NCBI RefSeq assembly: GCF_000315625.1
Contig: NW_005434669.1
Coordinates: 407,238 to 471,237 of the forward strand
Reading direction: 5' to 3'
Length of the DNA: 64,000 nucleotides
Source: Guillardia theta CCMP2712
Taxonomy: Eukaryota; Protista; Cryptophyta
Shown here: one piece after another, positions 44,514 to 58,829 of the stretch
Position numbering within the stretch: position 1 is the stretch's first letter
Layout of the letters: each line of letters starts with the position of its first letter
Position numbers and translations under genes: made by a program
Notes under the pieces: generated by a model
Told to the model about the DNA's origin: nothing
What the model saw: the letters and a program-made list of their open reading frames with translations, nothing else
Databases searched by the model: none

Positions 44514-44679
44514 TTAAATGGCCCAGTCACCGTGAGTGGAGTCGGAACCTGCCCTGTGAATGACTGGACAGGAATGTGTAGACACTGCGGCTGGAATAGT
44601 TTGTTGAAGATAGACCGGGTTCACGGTTGGCAGCCGCCACTACCGTGTACGGTACGGTCCGTCTGGATCCGAGCATGGC

Positions 44680-47150
44680 AGGATTATTCCAGACTGTCAC
44701 CAGGTTGCGACAGTTTGAAGAAATTGTCCATCATCCATCGGGATAACACCTCTTCTCCGACTAACTGAAAGGAGCCTGATTTCACAGTCAGAGTCACCGC
44801 CTCGTCAAGTTCCAGCCTGGGTAAAGACAATGCCCCGAAGGCCTCTCGCAGCGCTCACCGTCATCACAGCCCAATCCATCATGCACCTCAAATTTTCTTG
44901 CAAGGGCAGAAAAGTCTGCGCGCCGCAGGCTGCGATCCATGGAAACCTTGGCAGGTCCTGTCAGCTCTTGAAGAGGGGTGTAGAGCTACACGCCTTGTCG
45001 CCATGGAAGAAAACATCGTTGATCCGATCTCCATAGCTGTTGATTCAACGCAATACAAGGTTGTAATCAGCGAAGCAGGACTATGAAAGTTGATCTGCAT
45101 ACCTCAACAGTGTTTGGAGAATAGTTATCACGGGAATAGTTTTACAATCGATGAGAGCGAGTGAACGAAGTTCTGCGATGTTCGGGTTACAATGCGATAG
45201 AAAACAAAGGGGAGCGAATTACCTGAACATTTCATGATCATCTCAAAAAATACTTCTTCCTGTAGATGAATACTATGCTGCGATTCATTCAATAAGGCCT
45301 AAGCTCAAAACTTCAATGCGATCAACACCAAAACCAGTTGCTCTATCTTTCCAAAGAGTGGAATAAGTTTGGAAATCGCTTTAGTGTCAATCTGAGATTG
45401 TGTAAAAATGTGAACAGCAGTGCAACCAACGTACATCTGTACAGTTGGATAGACATAAGGTGATAAGGGACGGAAATAGTTCATGGAGGTTGCAAGGTAT
45501 GGCGGACTGTCTTCGTAGCAATCATTTGAAAGAATAATCAGATTGTGCAGGACTGGGTCAATGAATCGAGAAAACTGACCCTTTGATCGAGAGAGAGAGC
45601 ACGCAAACCTGAGATGTGAGATACGATCAGACACAACCATCTGAATTCCATCCCTCCAGACCTTCAAATCGAACGCTTTTGAGGGTAGGTCTGATTGATG
45701 ACTCCTTGAGGACATAAACAGGATCGGATCCTTGAAACAGATGTAAGCTCTTCAGTTGCCTGTAGGTTGTAAGTCTCCTCAGTCATCGACAATGGTGGTA
45801 TGTGGCCACATGCAATTGTTCAACAGAATCTTCAATCCTGTACCAGATTAATCCCAAGAACAGACCCAAATCGCGTCACCGGCAACAGAAGATCGGATCG
45901 CTAGATGCTGAATTTGCAGGTCAAAGCTCCACAATTTGAGGCCTAGGATGCACCTCTATCTGTGGGCAAAACTTTGCTATCGCCTGCCGAAATGGAATCA
46001 AACCTTAGCCTCGGAGCAACAGCGTTTGGAGAATTTCCTCTTCGCTTTCTCCGACACAGTTCATGACCGTGGTGCAATCCCTTGCAGCAGGCCAATTTCA
46101 ACATGTTTCAAAAGATCCTCACTGATGTCGATATACAACCTTAAATTCAGCCTTCTGATGTTTTTGCAATGTGAAAAAAGATGCACTAATAGACTTGGAC
46201 CCTAGTTGACCATCAGCGGGACTGTGGTCTGAACAGAGGTCGGGAGAAGAGTGTAAAAAATCATGCTCACTGTTCCTCTCTCATGGCGCCCTAGATACAC
46301 CCCTTGCAAATTGACAGAAACCTACACAAAGGCATACAGTTGATTCTCCATCACGAAGTCGAAGAAGAAGATCGATCGATTCACCACAGAGTGAAATTTC
46401 GCCTGCTCGATCACAACCTGCCCAACGCCAACACAAGAATCAGAGCTCATTATCACAGCTGATGCTCCTCACTCTGCATTTGACGAAAAGCGGGGTGGGA
46501 CTAAGGAATGACAACCGACCTAACACACATCAGGCTTCATCATGAGTTAGAAGCGCACAGACCCGATCGAGTTTTACCGACCCCGATCTGCAAACAATAA
46601 TGTGAAGGTGCCATGCGGATCTTTAAACATCATATACCACAGACTGAGAAGCATCAAGATGAACCCATAACATCGGGTTATTGCAAAGGTTTCTATATGT
46701 CCTCGAAACTATCTGATTGAAATAAATCGCTATGCACCAACAAACCTCCTGGTACCTGCAGGAAAAGCTTCGACCTCTGGGGTAGCTTTGCAACGATTTT
46801 TCTTAGAATGATCTCTTCTGGTATCTCCTTTTACCACGTTTACTCATAATTTGTTCATATACATTTTCAGACCTGCAGAATCCCAAATATCGCTTTATGT
46901 TCACTGTCATCGCTGTCAAAACATTCGTGGTCAAACACCGTATTGCTGATTTGAGAGCTCTCACACTAATTTTGCGAGAAGATCAAGATAGATTGACGAT
47001 TACCTTGGTCTGCTTCGTTTGGATCCCTTGCCCTTCCTCCTCGTCCTCGTCGTTCTTGGCTTCTCACCATAATCCTCATCGTCTTCCGAACGATATTCCC
47101 ATCCGAGCATTTATTTCGACTGGTCGCTTGCCCCGAGGCGAGTTTGGACG
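44680..47150 (-). pseudogene. Unidentified intron-rich gene or pseudogene
   Basis: Short protein-like minus-strand segments separated by GT..AG; no clean start and no recognisable domain. Confidence 0.3.
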
Positions 47151-48157
47151 TTACATTTTCTGAGCACTTCAGTTACAATAAACGAAGGCGGCGTAGAATT
47201 TCAAAAATTATTTCACATCACATGTGCATATTTGAAGACTGAATTAAGTGTTTCATCTTGGACCACCCACCCTAAGCTTGTTCACCCTATAGACCCGACC
47301 TTGTTCATACACCTTCTTTTGTTCAAAGTGGATTGTCCTATAATCGTATATGTGCAAATATCCTATGAAGATACATATAAATTATCCTTTCTTGGTGGCT
47401 ATCCGAAACCCTCTTGCTTTCTCACCCCCTCCCAGACGGTCAGTACCCCAACTTTACATCCCCCTACCCCCTGTTATGTCAAAATTTGCATTCCCCCAAA
47501 TGAAAATTTTCTACCTACCCAGTCCCCAACTGGTGATTGACCCCCACCCCTGCAATTACATGTACTGTGACAACTACCCACCAAAATGCCAGATGTACGG
47601 CACCAAAACATATCTTTGGGTAGGGTTCTCTTGTATTTAGTACCCGTACTTCCCTTTCTTCGCAGCGGTACACCGCTGCTCGGAGTACCCCTACCCCCTT
47701 TCTTTTCCTATGCTTCTACCGGAGGATTAGCCCCTCTGATGATGCCGGCTCCATGCGAGCAATGGACACGTGTCCCTTGTCGCATCGCTACCAATGCCAG
47801 CACAGACATTCAACATGCTATTTTTCTACCATGTGTGAACCGGTGTTGAGCAGATATGCATGGATTGATTGCGAGAGATAAGTCTCTAATAAGAAGATTG
47901 ATGCTACCTGACTTCGTCAGAATATTTAGATTGAATGATCATCATGGTTGATATCCAAATGCCATCTGATGGAATGGTTTCTATCCTGCCCACCATGATC
48001 CGAACATTCTTGATTTCTCGTTGATTCTCATGGAGCAGGCCGGACTCTCGAGTTCCCGAGGTTGACAGCAAAGTGAGGTCACCGGCGAAGGTGGGCTGGT
48101 TCTCTTCTGTGATGCGAATGGTGTGACTCTCATTGTAGTGATCTAGTATCCTCCAAG

Positions 48158-51100
48158 ATGGCGATGCGAGGTTTGACGCAGTTCATCGGAGACATCCGAA
48201 ACTGTGCAAACAAGGAAGAGGAGAGAAAACGTGTCGACAAGGAGATGGCCAACATCAGGAAGCACTTCAAGGAAGCCACCAAACTGACAGCGTAAGACGA
48301 AGATTGAATCAAAGATCCTACTGTAACATTTAACGCGGTGGCGCTGACGCCTGTTTCAGGTACCAGAAAAAGAAATATGTTTGGAAGATGCTGTACATCT
48401 ACGTATTGGGCTATGAAGTGGATTTTGGGCACATGGAAGCTTTGAATCTCATCACTGCGCAAGGATACAGCGAAAAAATGGTGGGATATCTTGCTTGTGT
48501 CTTGTTACTCAGCGAGACGAACGAATTTCTTCGCCTTATCATCAACAGGTGATAAAGTCATTTTGCGTAGGATATGCAAGCTGAAGCATTTTTGCAGTGT
48601 CAAGAATGACCTGATGTCTGCAAACGAAGAGATCCAAGGCCTGGCTTTGGCGTGTGTTGCCAATGTTGGTGGACGTGAGTTTGCTGAAACCCTGGCGGGA
48701 GATGTTCAGAGAATCCTGCTTTCAAACCATTCACGACCACAAGCCAGAAAGAAAGCGGCACTTTGCATGCTCCGCTTGCTTCGAAAATATCCAGATGCAT
48801 TCGGTGAAGATGGAATTGGTGGAAATCAGGACCAAAGAGATTCTCTCTACGATCTTCTGGAAGACCCCTCGCTTGGAGTTGTAACCGCGACCATGTCGTT
48901 GCTCATTGGCTTGGTCTCGCACAACCCAGAACTTTGGACTGACTCTGTGAACAAATGCTGCAAACTTCTATCGAAATTGAATCATCCCAACGCAGCTAAA
49001 GAGTTTGGTCAAGAATACGTGTATTACAAGACCATCAACCCCTGGCTCCAGGTCAAAATACTCCGTTTGTTGCAGTATTATCCTCCACCTGAGAGACATG
49101 AAGTCCACACCAAGCTTTGTGACGTTCTCCTACATATCATATCTGATGCACAAATGCAGAAGAACGTGAACACGAATAACTCGGCCCATAGTGTTGTATT
49201 TGAGGCAATCAATTATGTTATCCACATGGAAACAAACAAAGAATTGATATCTTCTGCAGTCAGTATGCTGGGACAGCGAATGACTGCATCAAATCAACCA
49301 AATTATCGCTATTTGGCTCTTGATGCAATGCAAAGAATGTCTCATATTCCAGATGCTGCTCAACAGTTCAAGAAGCACCAGGAAACTATTATCAAATCGC
49401 TGAAAGACAACGATGTTTCGCTCAGACGAAGGGCGTTGGATGTTCTGTACTCGATGTGCGACAGCAAGAATTCTGAACAAGTAGTGGGTGAGCTTCTAGA
49501 CTATTTGCAGGGAGGCGATTATGCTATCAGGGAGGAATTAGTTCTTCGTGTCGCCATCCTTGCAGAACGTTTCTCGCCGAACCTGCAGTGGTACGTGGAC
49601 ACTATTCTTAAGCTCATGACTCTTGCTGGTGACTACGTTTCCGATCACATTTGGATGCGAGTTGTGCAGATCGTAACCAATAATGAGGAGTTGCAGCTAT
49701 ATGCGGCTGAGACATGCTATCGATCTCTGAAGAGTGAGTCAGTGCATGAGAGTATGATCAAATGTGGTGGGTACATCCTTGGAGAGTTCGGTCATCACAT
49801 TGCTCACAAGAACGAAACTTCGCCTGACAATCAGTTTATGATCTTGAAAGAGAAATTTCATGCGTGTGAGCAGTGGGAGACAAAACAGATTCTGATCAGC
49901 TCTTGCGTGAAGCTCGTGAATGTTCATCCGCAAATCAAAGGGGCTGTGGTGGAACTCCTCAAGAAGCACACAACTACTATCGACGCTGAGCTGCAGCAGC
50001 GTGCAATCGAATACCTTGCGCTAACTGCTCCTGGGAAAGAGACCATGTTGGAAACTGTGCTGGATGTCATGCCGAACTTCCCAGAGCGAGAGAGTATTCT
50101 CACAAAGAAGATCAAGGAGCGAGAGCGTGTTTCAACGACTGATAGGACAGCAGCACAGATCAAGAGTGAACAAAACAAGGACGATGAAGATGGTCCACAA
50201 ACTGTTGACTTGTCTGCTAGTGCTGTCAAGTCAAGCGCAAGCAGAGCAAAGTCTCAACTCTCTCCGTCGCAGAACCCTCACAACGACTTGCTTGACCTTA
50301 CGGCCGAGGAGCCTTCGCACATGGGCGGCGGCGGCGGCGGCGGCGGCGGTGGAAATCTTGACGATTTACTTGGAGCTCCATCACAGCCTGCTGCAACCCA
50401 GAAGTCTCAGAACTTGGGTGGACTGGACGATCTGCTCGGAGGCGGTTCGCCACCACCACCAGCCCACGGCGCCCAGCAGGGCAGCCTAATGGATGATATG
50501 CTGGGATTGGGAAGTGCCCCAGCAGCAACTGTAGCTGGCTCAAACCAGGTCTGTATTCAGAGGTTTGCATCCATTTCTGAATGTGCTTTCAGTCTTTGGA
50601 CGATTTGTTATCCGGACCAAGCAAGCCTCAGGCTTCTGCGTCGGTACCTGCTGACATGCACAAGGCTGGTGGCTCTGGGGCGCAGGGGCTGGACGTTGTT
50701 TTCAAGTGCGTGTCCAACGGGTCAGGAATTGGTGAGTTGTATTCATTTTTCTTTTTCGTGTTAAAATCATTTTTCTGTAGTTTATGAAGATCCGATCATC
50801 AACGTTCAGGCGCAACTTGCAGTTCAGGGGAATGTTGCGAAAATTTTGCTGCGTTACACAAACAAATCCTTTTCGGAGATCTCTGCATTCAAGACTGCAG
50901 TGCAGCAGGTAAAAGTGTGAAGGATTTGTAATTCTTCTTTTACTGACGTTTGGAGCTTTCAGATCCCAGCGATGTTGTTCCAAGTGCAAGACGCAGCCAC
51001 CTCCATTGCACCCAACGCGACTATAACACAACAAGTCCAGATGCAGGCCAAGACCTACTTCTCGGAACCCCCCAAGCTCGCCTTGTCTTTCTCAGCCCAA

Positions 51101-51549
51101 GGAAGTCCGCGGCAAGTTACAACCTGGCTTCCGGTTCACGTCTGCAAGTTTCAGCAGCCGGTCACATGCAACAAAGATCAGTACTTTGCAGTCTGGGGTA
51201 AAATCACAGGGGCGCCAAACGAGTCTGTCAACGTGTTCAAATCTCCTCGTCCGATCGTCAGGACTGATGTAGAGAATGTGGTCAAGACCATCAACTACTC
51301 GGCTCTGCAAGGAGTGGACCCCAACCCCAACAACGTATGCGGCGCGGCAAAGATCAACCTTGGCGCAGGGGACGTCTACTGCGTGATCCGTCTAGAGATT
51401 GATTCGGCCCAACAAGCGTACAAGCTTACAGTGAAGACCAACAACGCTCAGGTGACTAGAGAGGGGGGATGGGGGTGCAATGCTCTCTAACGTGTGGTCA
51501 GGTCACGGAGGGTACAAAGGCAATTTTGATGAGCATCCTTTCCTCTTAA
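48158..51549 (+). CDS. AP2A: AP-2 complex alpha subunit (alpha-adaptin); multi-exon
   Basis: [73 protein letters not shown], hinge, ear domain with GVDPNPNN. Confidence 0.97.
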
Positions 51550-52948
51550 TCTTTCAAGAGAATAGATCTTACTCCTCGCACCAGAGACTGGCAGAGGATG
51601 ATAAGCAAACCAAGATTGAGCGCTGCATTATCAAACTTGTACACATGCTGTTATTCATGAGGTCATCTTTCAATCTTCTATCTCGTTATGCCTCTTTTGT
51701 CGAGCTCCTCAGTGGCTCAGCACCAAGGCAAATGAAGCGAACCTGAAACCTACTTGATGGCGAGCAGTTGATAATATGGCAGATTCTCTGCTGGTGGGCT
51801 ATATTCGGCTGGTTCTTGACAACTCCAATGTCGATCCCCTACATGTCATTGCTAGTTGTAGTACAGCAGACGGTGAATCCTCTCCCAGCTCAGCGATAAC
51901 TTCACTCATGCAATCCAATGTCTCAAGGGCTTTTTTTGATGATTGTTCGCATCACTTTATGATTACTGCACTTTTATATGATAGCTCGGATTATTAGTCG
52001 CATCACTTTCATCCTCGCTTTATGCGTCCGCTTCGTCTGTTCATTCGTCCCTAGCGCCAGCTGTTGTATAGTCCATCTTAACATTGCTGGCTGGAATGAC
52101 AATCGGCGTCCCCAAGGGTCCAGTAATTCATTTCCTCCTGTTTGTTCAGTGTTATACCAAAGGTGACGAAAACCTAGTAGTGAGAACATCGTCCATCATG
52201 CCAAGACATTGGTTCACAAGTGATGAACCTGCAGCGATCTTTCGCACTTGCAACACTCAAACTAGATAATGGAGTCGTTCGATGCTGTCAGAGAGGACGG
52301 AAGGGGTCCTCAGCTCGGAAGGCCTCTGCTCAGAGGAGGGGGCGGTCACAAGCCTGCACGGGGGGATGCAGGTGACGCTTGTTTTTCCTACTGCCAGGTG
52401 AGTATGTTGGCGGGATTATTCTTGAGTACCCTATCTTTCATCCTCATTTCAGATGGGAAAAGTGGGGTGGGGTTACCCACAAGCTTCATTGCTGTGTAGT
52501 ATCTTGTTTGTACCAGGAACGTGATGTTGTACGATGAATTTTCACAGTACAAATTTGCAATTACAAAGTCTTTTTTTTTCGTAAGATGAATTGTTCATAT
52601 CCAGTACTTGGTGGGTTGCGAAACAGTAAAAATAGAGACATTATGAACAAATTAAAATATGACAACATTTTAAATGCATACCAGATGTGGACTCTGTGCT
52701 TGATGGATCGGTTGCTTTGTCCGCTAGGGTGGGGTCAAATGTTTCACAACTTTGTTACATCACCCCGGTGTATTTAGTTCTATTTTGAGGGAAATGGGGG
52801 GTACAGGGTGAGGCACTTCGCGTCAGGTGGTCAAGGGGTGGGTGAAAGTTCGATGTGGGCCTCTATTTGTACTGCTTCAGTTCAATCATGGTACTGAATA
52901 AAAACTGGTGTTTTAAGAGATATAAAACAACTTGTCTCGTCCGCCACC

Positions 52949-54649
52949 ATGGCTTCGGATGCGGCAACGAGCTATCAAGATATCCAGAGAAAACTGGATA
53001 ACATGGACACAGGGGATCTTGCAGCCGAAGTACTGCCAGTCTTCTTCAATTGTTTCATGGAGAACAAAACCTGCAAAGCTGGCGACTTCAACTTTGACGT
53101 GAAGAGGGTCATTGTTCAAAATCTTGATGCCCTCAAAAGAGCACGTGATGGAAATGGCGGATGGAAACTAGGCACAGAACTCTCATGCTCCGAAATTTTA
53201 GCAGGAGGATCAACACAGAACGGCAAGACCATGGTGAAAGCTGTGGTTCTTTGGATCTGCAACTACTTCAAAGTAGGATCCGTTGTTTTGTCAACTACGA
53301 AGCGAGGAACTCGGTCCCTCTTTGAAAAACTCCATCCACCCGCCGAGGAAGAGAAGGATAGCTCCACCGAACGTGGAACAAGGCACAAGCTTAAGATGCC
53401 CGTTCCTCCAATTTGTTTGGCTGGTCGAAGATTAGATCAGGAAACAATCAAGAAGAACGTGATGATCAGCGCAACTCTGTTTGCCAACGACACGGCTCAG
53501 AAGATCACAAAGATCTCTGAGTTGTTCGAGTCGGATGACGAAATCCGCAAACTTCCGATGATTCTGATCGTGGATGAAGCCGACTCGTTCTACCGCAGGA
53601 AGAACAAAACTACCCAGCTGGAGGCAGCCATGGACTCCTTCATTGCAATCGTCAGGCCGATCCTGCGCTGGAATGTTTCCGCAACCTTGATCCCAGTTGT
53701 CATGCACATGAAGCAGGACAAGAAGGAGATTGATTGCGAATCGATCATTTACACAGAGCTCGGATCGAATTATTTGGGCGCAGAATCTTTTGTGCCTCCC
53801 CAACGTGATGGAAGAGACGTGTTCTTGAATCCTAAGGATAAGAAAGATGCAGAGGAGGCCATGGATTTAGTATACAAGGACGCCTTCCAGAAAAGAGGAT
53901 CCCTCACCCTGGTTATCACGAATCCAAAGGTTCATGGACCCAGCGGTATATTCGCACAAGCCGAAAAAGTCTTGAGAAAATTTCCTCATGTTGCTGCTCT
54001 GATCGTCTCGCATGAAGGCATAACTCTCAAGCCGCCCACGAAACCGATGCTTGCAACCAATGCTTTTACTCCCATGACGGACCAGAAACTCCTAGATTTG
54101 CACCGTAAGTTCAAGGGGAAAACTGCCTCGTATGCCATTGAGCAGGTCGACGAAAACTTTGGAATCGAGACCCCCCTTGTTATCTTTGGATATCGTCTTA
54201 TGATACGCGGCGACAGCTTTGTTTCGAAGAAACGTGTGCCAACACACCTCATCTGCGCTTTAGGAAAACAGATGAGCATAGAGAAGGTCGTGCAAGCTTG
54301 CGGTCGAGCGACGTATCAGCGGTCATCTAGTCACTACAACTTCCATGAAGAAAAGAAGGTCGTCGTCCTGACATATCCTCTTGACTTCGACACGACTCGA
54401 GCTTACCCTCGTTTCCTGGCTGAGCTGCACGCAAAGATGAAAGATCGAGGCCTGACGCTCGCGAAGGCTCTTTCTGCACGAGAGGTCTACAGCTATAGAG
54501 CAAACATCCAGCCAAAAGGTCAGCTGAGGAGTATCGGGCAGAAGTTGGACGAGCTGAAGCTCAACGTTCGATTCGAGGATCCACCGCGGGGGGAGGAGGG
54601 GCGCGGTGCGAAATGGCTGCGAGAAACTATGGGGGAGCAAGAGGCTTGA
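52949..54649 (+). CDS. Intronless SF2 helicase-like ATPase resembling Z1-domain helicases
   Basis: Motif I GSTQNGKT, motif II ILIVDEAD, motif III VSAT, NYLG, V-like IFGYRLMIRGDSF, VI-like VQACGRAT. Confidence 0.75.
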   Translation: MASDAATSYQDIQRKLDNMDTGDLAAEVLPVFFNCFMENKTCKAGDFNFDVKRVIVQNLDALKRARDGNGGWKLGTELSCSEILAGGSTQNGKTMVKAVVLWICNYFKVGSVVLSTTKRGTRSLFEKLHPPAEEEKDSSTERGTRHKLKMPVPPICLAGRRLDQETIKKNVMISATLFANDTAQKITKISELFESDDEIRKLPMILIVDEADSFYRRKNKTTQLEAAMDSFIAIVRPILRWNVSATLIPVVMHMKQDKKEIDCESIIYTELGSNYLGAESFVPPQRDGRDVFLNPKDKKDAEEAMDLVYKDAFQKRGSLTLVITNPKVHGPSGIFAQAEKVLRKFPHVAALIVSHEGITLKPPTKPMLATNAFTPMTDQKLLDLHRKFKGKTASYAIEQVDENFGIETPLVIFGYRLMIRGDSFVSKKRVPTHLICALGKQMSIEKVVQACGRATYQRSSSHYNFHEEKKVVVLTYPLDFDTTRAYPRFLAELHAKMKDRGLTLAKALSAREVYSYRANIQPKGQLRSIGQKLDELKLNVRFEDPPRGEEGRGAKWLRETMGEQEA

Positions 54650-54809
54650 AAATTGCCCCGGATCACCGTGGCACTGCATGGTGAAGCAAACAGAAAAATC
54701 AGAAAAAAAAAATGGGCAACAAAGATTCATGACGACGAAGCAAGCCGGGCGCGGTTCAATCACCGGGCCTACTGATTATCCTTGCAAGTCATGGGTGTGA
54801 GATAATTGT

Positions 54810-54812
<3 letters not shown>

Positions 54813-54842
<30 letters not shown>
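54813..54842 (+). repeat. (TG)n microsatellite
   Basis: About 15 units. Confidence 0.95.
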
Positions 54843-54843
<1 letters not shown>

Positions 54844-55426
54844 CTTGGTGCAGAAATTTTGTATTTGTTCGAAACTATGATTGTAATTTGAAAATTCCTT
54901 TTATTCTTGATTTGATGTAATGTAACCAGGCTCGGAGCTGTCATTGCCGCTGACAGTGAACGAGAAAGATATTTTTTTTTATTTCAACGATCAATCTTTC
55001 CATCACATGTTTTCTTCGCTTCTTTCAATAAACAAGACATATTCTCTTTCATCGTTGGTGCTGCGAAGTTCTAACGGTCGGGGCCCTGCCTGTTAGCTGA
55101 CCGTCCGAGGCTCCGGAGGCCCGTCGCCCGACCGTCTGCCGCCATCAGCCTCACTCAACTGGACTGTTCTGCTTACATGTCATAGTCAACGTCGTTAAGT
55201 TCAGTCATACAGTACTTGGCATTCGCACACAGAATCGCACACGCTGCAGACCGTCACCGTCGCTGGCGCAGCGGCGCGGCTCTGACTTATTACTGTCAGT
55301 GTCGCAGGTCAGTGTCGCTGGCGCTGCAGCTCTGGTCTACCGCTCTTCGCGGTTCCGCCTATTGCAATCGGGGAAATGCAAAATGCATTTCGGGATGACG
55401 AGGGGACTTGAAGCTGGAGGTGGGTG

Positions 55427-57600
55427 ATGGGAGGAGGATCCAGCCTCCTGCTGCACACACTCGTATCTTGGTTCGTGTGCCGATCGCTGGCAGCTCCCAC
55501 TGCACGTTCATGGAGCTCAGAATCGGGGAGTGAAAACTTGGTGGCAGGAAGGCGTGGAGGGAGTGTGGTCGCCACTGCCGAGCTTGAGGAACACCACCCA
55601 TCCGATGCGATAGACGGTGTTCTGAGCGAAGACAATGGCTGGTCATCTCTTGCTCATGGCCTCAGAAAGCCAAGAATCATTTTCATCTTGCCGCAAGATA
55701 GTGTCGTGAATGAAATAGTCCTATTTTCTGGCTACGGGAGAAATGACCGACGGATCGTATCCTGCAGGTTATGGTACTGGCCAGCAGGGAACCACAATGC
55801 CCTGCAGGAATACCTATTTTCGTCCTCAAGGATGATGAATGGTGACTTCCAAGGATGGGAGGAGTTAGATCGCTTCACAGTAACCAGTACCGGAGTTGTT
55901 CCTCTTGCAAACACGTTCTTTGCGCGATCGCACAGGTATGTCTTCTCTGGCATGCCGGAGATCAGGCTACTCATCCACAAGATTGATCTAAGAGCCATTG
56001 CTCTGCAAGTTGATCTCGTCGACAACGATTCTCACAAGTTCATCCTAAACGAATTTGTGGTCCTGGGAAACAAGAAGTTGACTTTTTCTGAGCAACTGCA
56101 GCGGTCGAACCCATGGAAGGAGAGGGGCCAGCACCAGTCTTGCATCGATATGCGGAGTTTCTTCCACCTCGTTGAAGAGAGGAACATGAGTCTGAGAGAA
56201 ACCCTGCGGTCAATGACGGAGGGGCGTTGGGTGAGAAGCAGGAGCTCCAATAGGTAGAGCATGTGAAGGGAAACAGAATGTGATGTGATGGCAATTTTGC
56301 AGCGTCGGAGAATATCGCTGCAAGATTAGGAGAAATGAGAACTGTGAACATCATCATCCGCTCTCTTGGGCTTCTGACATACAAGTTCCTTCCTTCCAAC
56401 GGGTATGAATACCTTGAGTGGCTGCTCTCCTCTAACCTTTCACGCGTCTAAGGAGCAAGACTGCTCTAGCTTACGGAACACTACCATCTTGCTGATCGGA
56501 GACTCAAGAACGCGACAGCTGTACAATTGATGTGCCATGACTCTCACAATCTCACGATCTTCTGTTTTCAACCTCTCAGTGTAGTTGGGCTCCTCGTGTT
56601 GCTAACGGGTGAAACACCCCATCGCAACCTGTCGTCTACGACAGAAACGTCTGCGAGGTCGGGAAACATCAGCAGGATTGCATTTGTGGGTTGGTGACTT
56701 GTCGTCTTGTTCTACTTCCACGTGAGAAGGTGCAAACAGGAAGCGAGTGGAAGGATTTTGCTGTCCCTGAATCTTTCCTTCATCTCTGCGGCGGAAACTT
56801 GAGGTATGGCCGATGATCCCTTCCCCCTTTGCTCCTCACACCTCAAAGGTATCAAAATCCAGAAGCGTGCTCGGGCGCAATCGCGATGTCCAAGAGCGCG
56901 TGCGGAGGTTCTGTACAAGTGCACTTCGTGGAGGCCTGGCATCGTCAGGTTGGGATGTCTGCCGTTAGGTGCCTCTGACGTTGAAGTTTTAGCATATCAC
57001 ATCGGCCATGTCGGCAATCGCTGATGTCTCTCTGGTCATCGTCCGCTCCTTGCCTGCTCATCCTGTGACCTTCACCCAGGCCTCGTCTGAGCGAGCGCAC
57101 GACTTGTTCGTCATCGACGGTTGTGGGCTTCACTTTATCCTTGGAGGGTCAGTCGCCTTGTTCTCTACCGACAGACTGTGACGTGCCGTGATCAGCGATG
57201 GCCTGCGCGCCGGTTTCGACGGGTACATTCCAGACTTACTGGATGCCTTCAAGTCGGCTAAGTCAGTACTCGACATTATTCAAGTTGTGCTGGTGCAGTG
57301 ATGGGGAGGCGCAGGTCAGCAAGAGACCAGCATCTTGAAACAATCTTCATCAAGAGCCTCATCGAGCCTTATACGTGTTATGGCCCGCTCCCTCTCTCCC
57401 TCCTTGCTGATCGTCTCGGCCAGCACCAAACGCCCGGAAAATGTAATCAACAACTGGAACATCGCGTCCATGAACCAGGTGACAGCCACGACATGAATAG
57501 GGTCAAGGTGAGAATGGTAAGAAAATGTTTCACAGGCAGCGATAGAGTGCATACAGCATGTTTTGGTGCACGGAGCAGCGTCATGCCCAGGTCAGAAGGG
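55427..57600 (+). CDS. Secreted protein: discoidin/F5-8-like domain plus SGNH (PC-esterase-like) domain; multi-exon, end uncertain
   Basis: Signal peptide; ENLVAG..PSDAIDG..GWSS; TILLIGDSRTRQL; late DRVH. Confidence 0.55.
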
Positions 57601-57934
57601 AGGGAGGACGGGTGGGTCAGATGAAAGCTTTCTACCAGATGATACCAGCATGGAGGACTCCAACATCCCTGCAGCTGTGGGAGAAGGAGGGCGGCAAGTT
57701 CTGTCTGTTGAATTGTGCAGCAGGAGGAAAACGAGGGCATCTTGATCTTGGACTCCTGGCGCATGGCCGGCAGGGCTGCAGGCAGCGACAGGTAACCAAA
57801 GTCCGTCCTCCTCTCACTCCCCCGCGGCAGATTCTTGTACAGCAGACGGAGTGCATTACAATGAAGGCATCCATTTCTTCAAGGCAGAGGTGAAACGTGC
57901 TTCAGCTTTCGCTCGCCTCCTGACTCCTGCCTCT

Positions 57935-58829
57935 TTACGTCGCAGGTGATTCTCGCCACGGTAGCCCTCGCCAAGAGGAGACGAGACGCAGGACTGGGAA
58001 GGACCTGATGAGGTCGCACAAGGGTCGTCGTTGATCACCATCCTTCAATGTTATATGTTCAACCCCCGGCTACAACCTCACATGCTCCGGAGCAGGAGGG
58101 AAGTCAGTGAACAATCTGCGATTAAGAGGGTAGAGTTCCAAGTCCTCAGTCAAGGCCTCTTCCTGCAGCTCTTCTGCTCGAGCAGCTCATCAGCACAAGG
58201 AACGAGCATGAGCGTCAAGAATTGGGCTGACCTGGAAGTGCCTGTGTTGCCGCATCCCTCCACTTGATCTTCCATGTTAAATGTTTCATCCGAGCGTTGT
58301 GCTCTTTGAACAGGTTCCTGGTGTACTCCTTTGCGATCTCCGCGTCTTTCTTCATCTGCTCTTCACTGCGAATGTACTGCAGACAGAAGTTAATAAACAA
58401 TCATCGACCCATGCCTGATCGAAGACCTTTTCTGGTCGACCTTCGGCGTCGTTGAGAATCTTGGCAAACAAATCCAAGGCCTTGTTTGGACCTGGTGGAA
58501 AAGTCAGGAGCCATCTCAAGGTATGCTTACACGGAAACGAGTGGCATCGTCTATGGACTCTTGAAGTCAGTTTGGACAAGATGAACACAACAAAGTGATC
58601 TTTCCTCGGCTTCTCACCCTCAATAACCCCAGTGACAGTAACATGCACTGGCAACCCGTGGTTTACCTTGATTCTTCTTCGACGCGTCGGCAGGGGCCTT
58701 GGGCTTCTTGGATGTCTTCTTCACGTCTGTCTTCTGTCCCTTCTGCTTGTCCTTCGCCTTGGCTCGCATGAACATGTCGCATGCTCGCGACGTTGTCCCT
58801 ACCCGCGTGATGGCCCGCAGCGCGTTCAT
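57935..58829 (-). CDS. Mitochondrial ribosomal protein mL40-like; multi-exon
   Basis: R-rich presequence; EIAKEYTRNLFKEHNARMKHL..RDAATQALPEELQEEALTEDLELYPLNRRLFTDFPP. Confidence 0.7.
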
